Assembly: GCF_009914755.1 (NCBI RefSeq)
Contig: NC_060935.1
Strand: one strand, 5' to 3'
DNA length: 64,000 nt
Origin: the human T2T-CHM13v2.0 reference genome, Homo sapiens
Part shown: positions 44,101 to 56,019 of the stretch, in pieces
Layout of the letters: each line of letters starts with the position of its first letter
How positions within the stretch are numbered: position 1 is the stretch's first letter
Notes under the pieces: model-generated
What the model was told of the DNA's origin: nothing
Databases searched by the model: none
The model's input: only the letters and a program-made list of their open reading frames with translations
Program-made: the position numbers and the translations under genes

Positions 44101-45300
44101 TGAACAAAATTTAGAGCATATTTCTTTCTCTCTACCTGATTTCTCCAGAATTTGGAAACTAGTTGTGAGTATTCTTAACTTACGGCAAAATAGTTATTTG
44201 CATAAGTGCAATAAGAATCTGTTTGTTTTTGTTTTTGTTTTTGTAACAGTACACAATTGGAGAAATTGGTTATTTTACCAAGGCTTTGACTGGAATGTTG
44301 TGCTTTCCTTTGAGGAATCAAACTTGACTTGTAGAGCCACAAAAAGCCCTTAGGGGAACTGGTCTTATATCTTGCCTACAACAGTCCTTGTTCAGGGTTT
44401 CTGATCTGTGGTAAGTAAAGAATGTCACTTTCTAACAGGTTCAGAAGCTGCAAGTTCTGGGACCTCAAGAGGAAAGAACTTTACCCAACTCATAAGTATT
44501 TAAGGGTACAAACCCATGGCTGGACTCAGCTTTAAAAAAGTTGTATCTAAAATTCCCTCTATGGAACAGAGTTCTGGGAAAGCCAATTTAAAAAGAGCCT
44601 ATATGAAAAATAGTCATTCTTATTGCATTTTATACAAATAGTCCAAGTATAATAAAGCAAATCAGTCTTACCATTATTTGTCTTTAGTAAAAATGGGAAA
44701 CTGGAAAAAGAAATATTATGTTTCAAGAACTATGGTACACTTGTTAATAAATTCTAGGCTCATCAGTGGTTTTTAAGTTTGTTTCTGCAATTTAGCCTAA
44801 CTCCACTTATTCCTGTGAATCAACCAGTGATCTCTGACTGCTGCTCAGAACAAGAGGGATGGGTAATATAAATATCTAAATCACTATTCTAATTCTAGGC
44901 ACATTACATTTGGCTAACAACCCCATATCAGCTTAGTTCCAAGAGTTACTCATTTCATGAAAAGCTTTCTAATTTAGTCTACTTGGAATAACTTTACCTA
45001 TTTTGCTTTACTCTTGTGGAATATATTGTTGTTATACTCTTTGTGTAGGAATACAGGGCAAGCTTACTGAGTGCTTTCTTAAATTATACACTTATTCATC
45101 TTCCAAATATCATCTTTTGACAAAACTCAAGAGTTATAAATGGACCTTACCATACTATTGCTTTCTGACTGAGCTCTTCTCTACCCTGAATGCAAAAGAC
45201 CCTCATAGTTAGAAATATCATCACCCCTATTCAGCCTGAAGAAGTTAAAAAAGATGGATCTTCATCCCTCTGCAACCCTTAGAATTAAGGGTTCTCTTAT

Positions 45301-45317
45301 AAAAGGGAGGGGAGAAA
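45301..45317 (+). other. Polypurine tract of provirus
   Basis: aaaagggaggggagaaa immediately before the 3' LTR. Confidence 0.9.
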
Positions 45318-45867
45318 TATCAGTGGCGTTGGAACAAAAGCAACTCCATCTCAAATAGGAGCTGGGTAAAATTAGGCTGAAACCTACTGGGCTGCATTCC
45401 CAGAGAATTAAGGAATTATAAGTCACAGGATGTGACAGGAGGGCAGCACAAAATACAGGTCATAAAGACCTTGCTGATAAAACAGATTTCAGTAAAGGAG
45501 TCAGCCAAACCCCACCAAAACCAAAATGGCGACAAGAGTGACCGCTGGTGGTCGTCGCTGCTGGACTCCCATCAGTGCCATGACAGTTTACAAATGCCAT
45601 GGCAACTTCAGGAGGTTACCCTATATGGTCTAAAAAGGGGTGGCATGAATAACCCACCTCTTGTTTAGCATATTGTCAGGAATTAACCATAAAAATGGGC
45701 AACCAGCAGCCCTCAGAGCTGTTCTATGAAATAGCCATTCTTTTATTCCTTTATTTTCTTAATAAACTTGCTTTCACTTTGCACTGTGGACTTGCCCTCA
45801 ATTCCTTCTTGCGCGAGATCCAAAAACCCTCTCTTGGGGTCTGGATAGGGACCTCTTTCCTGTAACA
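45318..45867 (+). mobile_element. MER41A 3' LTR
   Basis: tatcagtggcgttggaac...ttcctgtaaCA; colinear with the 5' LTR (22 mismatches in the first 220 nt by hand count). Confidence 0.93.
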
Positions 45868-47323
45868 ATTGTAGCTGGGTATGTGAAAAGATAATATATA
45901 AAAAGTATGCCAATCAAATCTTTATTGCTATAGAATGTAAGATTTCATCTAAATAAAAGAAAACCTTTTGAGTTGTTCTAAATGGCACATTATTTAGAAT
46001 GATTAAACACTATCCAATTAACTGAGTATTCAGTAAGACAATTTATAATCACTTCAAGAATGCTTTATTTTGTAATATTGTATAGAGAAAAAGAGTGGAA
46101 TAGTTTTCCAAATTATTGCTTCTATTTAAATAATCATGATGATAGTAATAAATATCATTATAAAAGCAAATGCATAAATCAATTCATAAATTAACATTAC
46201 TTTGCAAAATGAGCCTAGAAAACAGAAGAGTTCATATTGCTACCCCTGCCCATTCACAGCTTCAATCGACACATTACTAGGCAGATATGCTTTCTTCAAA
46301 GCTAGAAATAAACTTAGAAATATGTCTTTCTGAAAAGTGTGCAGGCTGTCCCTGAAGGAATATACTTGAAGCCAGCAGCACTGAGATGTCCTCAGTCACC
46401 GTAGCAAATGAGGGAGGTCCAAAAATATTCTGCTCCTTAAACAGGTTGATTTTTTTTAACCATGTGTGATTTATGCAGAGAATCTGTAAAACATTCCAGT
46501 TCATCAAAAGTCTAATTTGCATACATTTAAAGGACACTGTGGAAAATAATTAACTACTGAATGCATCACAATTGAGAGTGAATGTTGACTGAGAATTTTT
46601 AGAGCCTTAAATGAAAAATGAGGAGGTTAAATAAGTATACTGAATTGGTAGGGGGAACAAAAAGAAAAAAAAAGAGAAAAGGGGAGGGAAGAGAGGGGAA
46701 GAGAGGGGAGGAGGAAAAGAGACGAGCCGGGAGAAGTTGCTTTTCTTGCAATGCTTCGTATCCTAAACTCATGCGAAATAAAGAACTTTTTATTCCTTTC
46801 CCCTCTATTCTTTATGACTGAATAATTTTCTTGCTTTCTGGCTGTCAACTTGTAGTGTATTAAAATGATTACATATCTGTGTGCATGTAGCAAACCCATC
46901 TCACCAAGTTGTAGCTTACAGACTTGCAAGGAAGGAGACATCAGCTTGTGAAAGTCAAGCTAAATTCCAAGTCGTGATTGTACTTCCCATCACTGACATA
47001 TATAAGTAAAATCTCAATTAAAAATTCATAGACATTTTAATAATTTTGAAGAGCATCTACTATTTTAGTGGTAATTTTCTAAATGTTTGTATATTCAAGG
47101 ATATTACCTGATATATTAAAATTTATTTTATTATTTTCTTTACCTTTCCTCACAATGACATGGGAGCTGGCTCTTGAATAACCAGTAGAACAGTTTTATT
47201 ATACCTGATTCTACTCTAATGACAACAAACAGAACAAGACATTTGAGCTTATTGTCACTATTTAAATCTCAAACAAGTGGAATATAACATAATAGTTTCC
47301 TGAGGTTAAATCAGGAATTATTA

Positions 47324-47650
47324 TTATTTATTTAATTATTTGTTTGTTTATGTTTTCAGAGACCAGATCTTGCTTTCTCACCCAGGCTGGAGTGCAGTGG
47401 CATGATCATAGCTCACTGCAACCTCAAACCCCTGGGCACAGTAATCCTTCCTGCCACAGTCTGCTGACTAGCTAGGACTATATGCCTGTGACACCACTCC
47501 TGGCTAATTATATTTATTTTTATTTTTTTTGTAGAATGGGAGGGTCTTACTATGTTGCCAAGCTGGTCTCAAACACCTGGCCTCAAGTGATGCTCTTGCC
47601 TGGGACTCCCAAAGTGCTGGGATTACAGACATGAACCACCACACCCAGTC
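47324..47650 (-). mobile_element. AluJ element
   Basis: catgatcatagctcactgca, gggtcttactatgttgcc and ggcctcaagtgat are AluJ-type; degenerate TSD caggaattatta / tagaaattatta. Confidence 0.88.
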
Positions 47651-47980
47651 TAGAAATTATTAATTTCTGTTTGTATTCATACTTCAAGCTACAGATAGCT
47701 TATATGTGAACAATAATTTCAAAACAAAAACTTTCTGCTATTTTTTTAAAGAATGCACAGTGAATTACCAGTTTACACAGGGTGATCGCCCAAATAAATA
47801 AATTTGAAGTTGAAGGACAACATGGATAAGATGAGGCTATCTAGAGAAAGAACTAATTTAAGACTTAGAGAATGAAACTACACATGTGATTCTAGCCAGT
47901 ATTTTCTCTAGTGTCATTAGTTAATAGGTGAATTAAGGAATTAATGAAATATCTGCCATTTAACATCTCAACTTTGTCTT

Positions 47981-48309
<329 letters not shown>

Positions 48310-49226
48310 TTGTCTTTCTATTTGATCCATGTAAAATTCAGTTAAAACCAATTCCGGTTTAATGGGATCTACCCCATCTGCACCTAAGTCTTCTAAACTG
48401 GAAAAAAAAAAAGACATCAGAAATAATGGTGTCCTTTATTTGCACAGTACTTTTACACTTACTATATATATTTAGAGAACTCCAGTTCCCAAAGACCATT
48501 AACATCTGTACTTCCAAAGAGTTGTTTTCAGCCAAGAGACATGCCTCCTATATGAATGTCAGTTCTGACTCCCCACACAGAAAGATAGGTATAAGGAAAG
48601 ATAATAAGGAAGGTAAGACAAGGGCTACTGTAGCCTTGGTAATTGGTTAGCTAGATTAGAGTCTTAAAAATATATAGGAAATGATGCCTAATATCTATAT
48701 TTTGATTTAGAACAAAGGCATACACACACATATAATTGTATAATTTTATTTTGTTTTATTCTTTTTGTATGTTTTTTCAAGTATGAATATGCAAATACAG
48801 TAAACTATTTTTATATTTAAGCTATTCAAACTGCAGTATCAATACCCAGTGGAAAACATGTAATTTCATTGCTTTCTTTTTGAAATGTTTTCTTCAGTGA
48901 AGTATCTTGATACTTTAATATGTATAAAAATGTGTACGAATATTTATTATTAAATACATAGCAACATAAATGTGTTCCTCACAATGTGTACACACAAGAA
49001 ACAAAAGAGGTGAAAGAGAGAGATCATATCAAATTAGAAAATGAAGCATAGAGTGAAGGAATTTGTACTTGTAACCTAACAATTCATTTGAAAAACAAAA
49101 AAAAAACCATTAAAGTACATTTTAATAAAATCAAACACCCCTTCGCAATGTAACAGAAAATTAGCAATGTCCTTCCTTGCTGTTAACTTGGAAGGCTGTT
49201 AAGAATGTAAGAATTACTCTTCTTTA

Positions 49227-49320
49227 CCACCAGGTGGCTCACTTTCTATACCTATGCCTGATCAGAGATGCCACTGTGGCCCCTGAGACTGGAGATAATA
49301 AAATTCCCACTAGAGGGTGT
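49227..49320 (+). promoter_or_regulatory. Two co-oriented CTCF-like core motifs
   Basis: CCACCAGGTGGCTC (49227-49240) and CCACTAGAGGGTGT (49307-49320) versus consensus CCASYAGRKGGCRS. Confidence 0.5.
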
Positions 49321-49402
49321 TGAAAGAAGAAAAGTAATTCTTTCAGAGCAAACCTGAAGTCCTGAACAAGGAAATACCTGAGCTACAGCTAAGATTTCCT
49401 CA

Positions 49403-49446
49403 CCAGCCTGGGAGACAGAGTAAGATCCTGTCTAAATGAAAAAAAG
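49403..49446 (+). mobile_element. Short Alu (AluJ-like) 3' fragment
   Basis: ccagcctgggagacagagtaagatcctgtctaaatgaaaaaaa. Confidence 0.65.
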
Positions 49447-50187
49447 AGAACTATCCTACAGAGACAGAATAAATGAGGTGGTTTTAGACTAGGGACATTT
49501 AAAACCAGATGGAGACTTGTCTAATAACCATTCTGTGTCCAAGTCCAAATGGTTTCACAGACTTCTCAAATGCATTCATAATGTGAGACAGGTATATGCA
49601 GAGTGGAGTGGGGGTTGGGGGGGGAGGTACTGAGAGAGAAAGAAAAGAAAGCAACCTTGAAATAAAACAATAATTCACATTATATAATTTTGATTGAGTT
49701 TGGAATTAGAATGGAAAAAAATAAGGAAAAGGGAAAAAAAATAAGCCAACAAAGTTGAAAAATGTAATATGGAAAGGAAATTCGCTTTTCTAGATTAGCA
49801 AGATTGCTCTTAGCAATGAACCCCTTCCCTAAACTGCATTTTACTAGAGAAAATATAATAGGCCAGTAGCCATAGAAGCTTGTAACATTATCCAATGTAT
49901 TGCTATAAAAAGCCTTACCATCTGGATCCTAATTCTCCTCAATATTTAAAGTGCAGAGCATTTTCTTCTCTTCATCCTAATTTACAGCTATCACTCAACG
50001 CAGCCCTGAAGGGTGCATGCAAAACGTGCCATTGTTAGAGCTAGTATATAGTCCAAGGTAATTTGGTGAAAATCACCTTAAGAGTATAACTACATGGTTT
50101 CCTTAGTATTCGGCACCTGTTTGCATTTCACAAAAGCTTATAGATTTTCTTCTTTTTTTTTTCTTCCCTTTCTTTTGCGTTGGTCAG

Positions 50188-50261
50188 CATTGGTTTGCAA
50201 CGTCACCATGCATATGTAGAAATGCCTGTGGACGGCACCATCAATCCTACCCCATAGATTG
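50188..50261 (+). other. Candidate 74-nt plus-strand exon (probably non-coding)
   Basis: ~30-nt polypyrimidine tract (50145-50176), then tggtcag| acceptor; TTG|GTAAGA donor at 50262; no recognisable protein. Confidence 0.35.
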
Positions 50262-52583
50262 GTAAGAACTGAAAGGTATGTGACCCAACAGCACTGAACA
50301 TTGTTGAGAACCCACTTCTTTGGCTTAATCCATAGTATTTATTCATTAACTTTATTTTAATAAAATTCTCAAAACACCAATTCACCAAGATGCCCAGGAA
50401 TGGTTATCAGATACAGTAGGAACAAAATTGTGTAAAAACTAAGAAGGCTGGTGACTAGGAGCCAGAACAATGACAGAACAGTCATGACCTCTGGTTGTAA
50501 GCAAAATGAAATTGATTCCCTCTCAGAAAAGACAGCTTTGAATAGTGATCTATAATGTGCAAGTAATTGGCTAACTCTTTAACCTACCTCACAAATCTGT
50601 TCACCTGGGGAGAAAGGTGAGTGAGGAAGACCAAGAAGGAGAAAGCTCACCCAACAACTTAATTAAATTACATTTCACTTCCACAGCAGGCCTGGTTAAG
50701 ATTACATCTTTGGATCTTTTAGGTTGCTGGCTGAGTTGGACATCTTTGGCAAAACATAAACAAAAAGAGAGTATCTTCTCTCTCTCCAAGATTCCACTCC
50801 AAGTGCACACCATCCACCCCACATGAAAAAAAGAATTTTGTCCTCTATCTCCTTCACTCCTTCTGATCTCTCTATTTTACTAAGAGTGATATCAACTGAG
50901 CCATCAGCTACCACATCACCATGGAGAGAGTAATATAAGCAGGTCTATTGCAAGTTTGACTACGAATTAAAGCATGAAGTAACAAAAAGTAAAGTTGTGC
51001 TTTCTTTGTGTGTTTGTTGTTGTGTAGCAGACTAGAGAATCTATTTTCTCAAATTACTTTATGAATATCCAATGTAGAAACTACAAATACTATGGGAACT
51101 AAAGGCAATACCAGATAATATACATTAAACATTTGTTAAAGAGTGAAAGTCCCTATTGGATGCTGCAGAGGGATCACTTGCATCAAACATTAATGACAGT
51201 GAAGAAGGTAACCGTTCTTTCTTTCTACTACCCTCCAAAGAGACAGCAGACAACCTGTGTACATGGTCTTTTTGCTCAAAGGGTAGGTCCCTAGAGTTAT
51301 CAAAGAAAGTACCTGGATGTTTGAGCTTGAAAATTCCTGACCCCAGGTGATAACTTGTCCTTTAAGCATAAATCTAGATCTGCCCCAAAGTTGTGTGTCA
51401 CGCTCCTCCATCAGAACTGAGGTCATCCCCATCAAGACACCATGCCATAGCTTGGAGGCTCTTCCCAGAAGAGTAATGAAAAGAGACTAATGTTTTTAAA
51501 AGTGTGTTACACATACAAAGTGATGCTTGTAAAAACAATCACAAAAACTGTGTCTTCTGATTCTCTGCTTACCACAAACTTCACTCTTGTTGCTAAATTC
51601 TGTGATAACCCAGAGGCACCATGAGCCTGACTTGTGTTTGGGACTCATCTTCTAAAGAGCATTTTCTTTATGATCATTTCAAATCAATTGGATAAATTAT
51701 GCTTATCAGTCTCTCATAAAACTCCTCATGAAATTATGTCTATGAAACAATTAAAATGAATATTAAAGGGTGAAGATATTAACAAGTTGTTGAAATTTTT
51801 CTTTATTAACTATTTTACTCTGAAATTGGCTAAGAAAATATGTACAGTCAAGGAATATTAGGGGTGATAATTTATACAGATTAATATCACTTAAACAAGG
51901 AGACTCAAATCAATAAGATACAGTTTTGTTTGGAGTTTTATAAATACAGATCTGTTAACTAAGAAACCTCTAAATTCACAACTAGATTCTAGCTTATTTT
52001 AGCAGAAGAAATCCTCTCCAGTTAATTATTTCTATGTCAATTAATCACTTTAGCCACCTCGCCACAACAGAGTGAGTTATAGCAAACAAATACTTCCCCT
52101 CTTCAAATCCACATCATCCGTATATGTATAAGAGCTCAAAAACATGAAAAGACATTTGATTCCTAGGTTTCCTTGACAAATACAGCAATTTCCATGAATA
52201 TTAAACTTCTGTGATTCAGCAACTTTCACTCCTGTCTATATCACTGAATGTTAAATGCCAAAGAAGAGTTTGAATCCATAGCTCCCACCACTTGGCTTTT
52301 ATTTTACAAGACTGAGGTATGTTTTTCCCAGCAGAAGAAGAGCATTTAAAGGTCTTTAAATTACACATGCTGAGTTGCATAACAATTGTCAACTAACTGA
52401 AAAGGTTAGAAGCGCACGCTTATGCTAAATGTGAAGTTGCCTATGAATCACAAAATGAGGCTGTCTCATTATCTACAGAATATTTCTAAGGGTTGGGAGA
52501 GAGAAGTAGAGTTACCGTCTGCACTAAAACTTTAATCAGAAGAATCCTGCTAAACTATCAAGCCCTTACTGTTCTGCTTCTTT

Positions 52584-52586
<3 letters not shown>

Positions 52587-52615
<29 letters not shown>
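52587..52615. repeat. Pure A29 homopolymer
   Basis: Directly visible; no adjacent SINE/LINE body and no TSD seen. Confidence 0.95.
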
Positions 52616-52617
<2 letters not shown>

Positions 52618-52754
52618 CTTTCTCAGTAAAAGTAAAGGCTATGATTGAGAAGGTTTTCCCATACCTAAAACAAGAAATGGCAAGAGCCTACCTGAAAGTG
52701 GATTGTGAGGTAGCTGGCACATTAGAAAAGAAAGCGACTAGGAAGCAGTCTTAC

Positions 52755-53003
52755 CTTCAGTGTGGAGCAACCTCCTCCCCAGGCAGGCTGGCTTTTGGAA
52801 GAGTGTGCCCTCTTGCCAGGGCTGGCGAAGCAGCTGGGAAGAAGTGGCTGTCTGCCACTAGCTGTGACAGCTGCGTGTTGCCGGGTCCCTCAGATACTGG
52901 ACTCTAGCGCTCCTCCAACAAATCAGGCAGTGGCCGCTTGTACCTCAGCAGAGGAAGCTGGGACTGCAGTTGCTAACGCTGCCTCACTTGAGGGGAAAAC
53001 ACT

Positions 53004-53048
<45 letters not shown>

Positions 53049-53200
53049 CGCGCGTACACTAACTGCCAGCTCTAGGCTGTGCCGATGTGTTCTGCATACT
53101 CAAAATGCTCGTGCCAGGAGGAGTCTCCTCCACACAGACCCCAGCCTCCCCGCTGAGGAATCACAGTCCACTGACCTTGCGGCTGGGGAATCTGGCTGAA
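52755..53200 (-). promoter_or_regulatory. Promoter-like region / candidate non-coding first exon of an unidentified minus-strand gene
   Basis: Abrupt GC- and CpG-enriched unique segment in AT-rich surroundings; strong donor AAG|GTAAGA (plus strand tcttac|cttc, last exon base 52755); RFX X-box-like gttgctaacg (~52969); (GT)21 with cgcgcg next to it. Confidence 0.5.
53005..53046. repeat. (GT)21 microsatellite
   Basis: Directly visible, uninterrupted. Confidence 0.97.
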
Positions 53201-53995
53201 CGGGGCTCTCTCATCAATAGATTCAACAATTAATCAAATAAAAGAGATTGGATCAGCATCAGATAGAGACAAGTGCTTCCCCCATGGGTACCGAAATTTT
53301 TTTTCAAATATATCTCTATTCAACATTTTATATTTAGAATTGATTTTTTCTTTTCTTTAAGCCATGATGTCTTGAACACAAAGTCTAATTGATGAGCCCC
53401 TAAGTTAAAACTTTTCAAGTTGTTTTCCCAGGCAGGATGGAATCTTACCTAGAAGCCAGTTCAAAACATTTATTCCAGAGACCTGTCAGACGCAGACTTG
53501 AACTCATAACAATCAAATTATGATGAGTTAGGCTAATGAACTGCTTCTAAAACCAGGGATTTCATGTCACTATACATAGCAGAAATGTTTGGGACCAGAG
53601 ATAAAATCTATGTTTGAATCCAATCTCAGTTTTCTTTAACATTAATCCAATGAAAATTATGAGAAAATCCCTGTGCTGAGTGATGTGCTAATAATTCTAT
53701 GAATTTCTTTATAAGACACACTACCATTATTAAGTGCATAATCTTGAGTCAGTCATTTAAATTTATTGATCTTTAACTTTTTCATCAGTAAAATTGTAGG
53801 TGTTTCTATGATGAGCCATTTAGTTAAAAGTACACATGAAAATCATTTGTAAACTATAAAGGGTTAACTGTACATTACAGATGTTTTTTAAATTGCCATA
53901 AAGAATGTGCAAGACTCTATGAGTCATAAATGAAGCTCCTTAGGGTCTATACACTAAATGATATTAGAAAGTTTCATTGCTGAGCTCTCAGTTAA

Positions 53996-54218
53996 TACCT
54001 GTGATTTCAAAGTCTAGAGCTGACCCATCTGAAAAGCCAGAAGAGAACTTACGCACCCACTTATCATGTTCGTTCTCTTAAAAAAAAAAAAAAAGAAAGG
54101 AAAAAGAATCCTGGAAAACTAAGCTGAAATTTTCTTCTCTCAAATTAGGGTTGCAATATTACACCAAACTCAAATCCCAGAAATACAATGTAGTGGGAAA
54201 GAGCAGAAATGGGAATCA
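53996..54218 (+). repeat. Copy 1 (donor) of a local ~205-220-bp direct duplication
   Basis: tacctgtgatttcaaagtctagagctgacccatctgaaa...gcacccac...ctcaaatta...gcaatattacaccaaactcaaatc...agaaatacaatgtagtgggaaagagcagaaatgggaatca; colinear with 55312-55516. Confidence 0.9.
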
Positions 54219-54324
54219 AGACACTTGGTGTCAATCTGAGATCTGTCATGGGGTCCCTTAACATTGTCCGTAATAGTGACGATGGTAATAACCACTATTG
54301 CCACCAAAACAAGCATACACTGGA

Positions 54325-54500
54325 AGCCAACATTTACAGAGTGTTTACTACCACCCAGGCGTTGTCTTAGGCATCCTGCATGTATTAACATTTTTACTCC
54401 TCACAACAGCATCATGAGGTAGATAATATTATTATCTTCATCTTGCAGATTAGGGTAACAATGCATAGAGCAGGAAACTTAATGTCTAACAAGCTTGCAA
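54325..54500 (-). mobile_element. MIR element
   Basis: aacatttacagagtgtttacta...ccaggc...tcctcacaacagc...tgaggtagataatattattatc...ttgcagat; reverse MIR. Confidence 0.7.
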
Positions 54501-54544
54501 GGGCTCACTTTTATTAATTGAGGGAACCGTGGTAACTATTTACA

Positions 54545-55640
54545 TTTTTAAAACCTTTTACTTGGAAACCATTCCAAGCATACAAAAAATTGCAAGAATA
54601 AGAATAAAAATACCTTCTATGCCCTTTAATCAGATTTCTTTATTACTAACATTTCCTCCATTTACTCATTTGATATATAGAGTGAAAGTGAGAAACTTTA
54701 GCTATTTGAACATAATATGCATATATTATGCCCCTTTACTAATTATTTCAGTGTACATTTCAGAAGAGTGAAGGTATTGCGCTACATAACCAAATAGTTT
54801 TATAAACATCAGTAAATTTAACAGTGATATAAGTTTAATTTATTGTCCATTTTCCAATTGGTCATTTAAACCAATAATGGGCTTCATAGCATTTTTTTCT
54901 TTAGGAGAGTTTCCAAAATACTGTATGCAGTTATCATGTATTTTTGGTCTCCTTTAAAATATGAGAATTACAGTTTGTCTTTTACTTTATGACATTTTTG
55001 AATGATATCATTGAGAATACATTTATCTCTTTTTTAATGAGCATTTCTAATTTTGCATTTGTATTATGTTTCTTAATGACTGGATTCAGGTTATGCATTT
55101 TCAGACAGAATACTGCAAAATTGTTGTTGTGTTTTTCTCAGACTCTCATATATGAAGGCATACAAGGTCCATCTATACTCATTGGTTCTGTAAATTCTGA
55201 TAACATAATCATATGTTTTTGTTTTTATTTCTACACCCTATAAATACATTTTTTCCCTTTTAACTATTAAGTGACCTGTAGGAAAACACTTTAAGGTCAT
55301 GCACATATCCGTACCTATGATTTCAGAGTCTACAGGTGACCCATCTGAAATCCAAAGGAGAACATATGCACCCACCTATCAGGCCCTATCTCTACAAAAA
55401 GCTGAAAATCTAAGATGACATTTCCTCCCCTCAAATTAAAGTCTTCCATTAGCAATATTAGACCAAACTCAAATCAAGAAATACAATGTGGTGGAAAAGA
55501 GCAGAAATTGGAATCATAGTTTTCCATTATATTTAAAATTAATTGATAATATGATGCTTGCAAGATAATAATTTTCCAGCCTGAATTCTCTCCACATCCA
55601 TAGGACACTACATATTACATTGTTAAGAAGATCCCTCCAT
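54545..55640 (-). mobile_element. L1MC4/L1MC5-type 3' end fragment (interrupted by duplicated segment)
   Basis: ttttacttggaaaccattccaagcatacaaaaaattgcaagaata...gattcaggttatgcattttcagacagaatactgca...tttccctttaactattaagtgacctgtaggaaaacacttt is a typical reverse L1MC 3' UTR. Confidence 0.7.
55312..55516 (+). repeat. Copy 2 (inserted) of the local direct duplication
   Basis: tacctatgatttcagagtctacaggtgacccatctgaaa...gcacccac...ctcaaatta...gcaatattagaccaaactcaaatc...agaaatacaatgtggtggaaaagagcagaaattggaatca. Confidence 0.9.
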
Positions 55641-55749
55641 TATCTGGTATCTGTCTCCTCTCTCTTTCTCTTGCTTTCTCTTCTCTCTGCCTTTCTTCCT
55701 CTCTGTTTTTCTCTCCTTTATCCGAAAGGATTCATAGATTGCAAATGTT

Positions 55750-55862
55750 AAAATAATAATCAACGCCAATTCTACACAATCCCTTTCAGAAAACAGAAGA
55801 GGGTAGAACACCTCCCAATCTATTTTGTAGGGTTAGAATTACCCTGACACAAAACCAGATAA

Positions 55863-55898
<36 letters not shown>

Positions 55899-55940
55899 TC
55901 CCTATAGACTGTTGTCCCTCATAAAGATAGACACAAAAAT
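55750..55940 (+). mobile_element. L1M ORF2 fragment containing (AC)14
   Basis: ccaattctacacaatccctttcagaaaacagaagagg...acctcccaa...attaccctgacacaaaaccagataaaga ([38 protein letters not shown]). Confidence 0.7.
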
Positions 55941-56019
55941 AATATATATATACCACTAGATGTTCCCCAGAAATAAAAATACATTATTGATACATGCAAC
56001 AGGTTAGATGATTACCCAA

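Larger units (their letters stand above)
38991..45867 (+). mobile_element. Complete non-autonomous ERV1 provirus MER41A - MER41-int - MER41A
   Basis: Two homologous ~540-550-bp LTRs, PBS, polypurine tract and 4-bp TSD atcg (38987-38990) / attg (45868-45871, CpG transition); ~5.8-kb AT-rich internal region with no recognisable gag/pol/env ORF. Confidence 0.93.

Noticed and set aside
40956-44580. GAS-like TTCCAGGAA/TTCTGGGAA motifs (40956, 41061, 44572) in MER41-int
   Set aside because: TTCnnnGAA has only six fixed bases, so a few hits in ~6 kb are near chance, and they are not the LTR tandem GAS of MER41B.
39560-45300. gag/pol/env genes in the provirus
   Set aside because: No retroviral protein motifs in any track ORF; consistent with non-autonomous MER4-group internal sequence.
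46860-46941. Minus-strand ATG (MSPSLQVCKLQL) followed by TTG|GTGAGA donor as an alternative coding first exon
   Set aside because: Peptide not recognised and no promoter-like context; such a motif pair is expected by chance.
52762-53199. 145-aa plus-strand ORF
   Set aside because: Non-ATG start, reads through (GT)21 as (VC)n; explained by GC-rich, stop-poor sequence.
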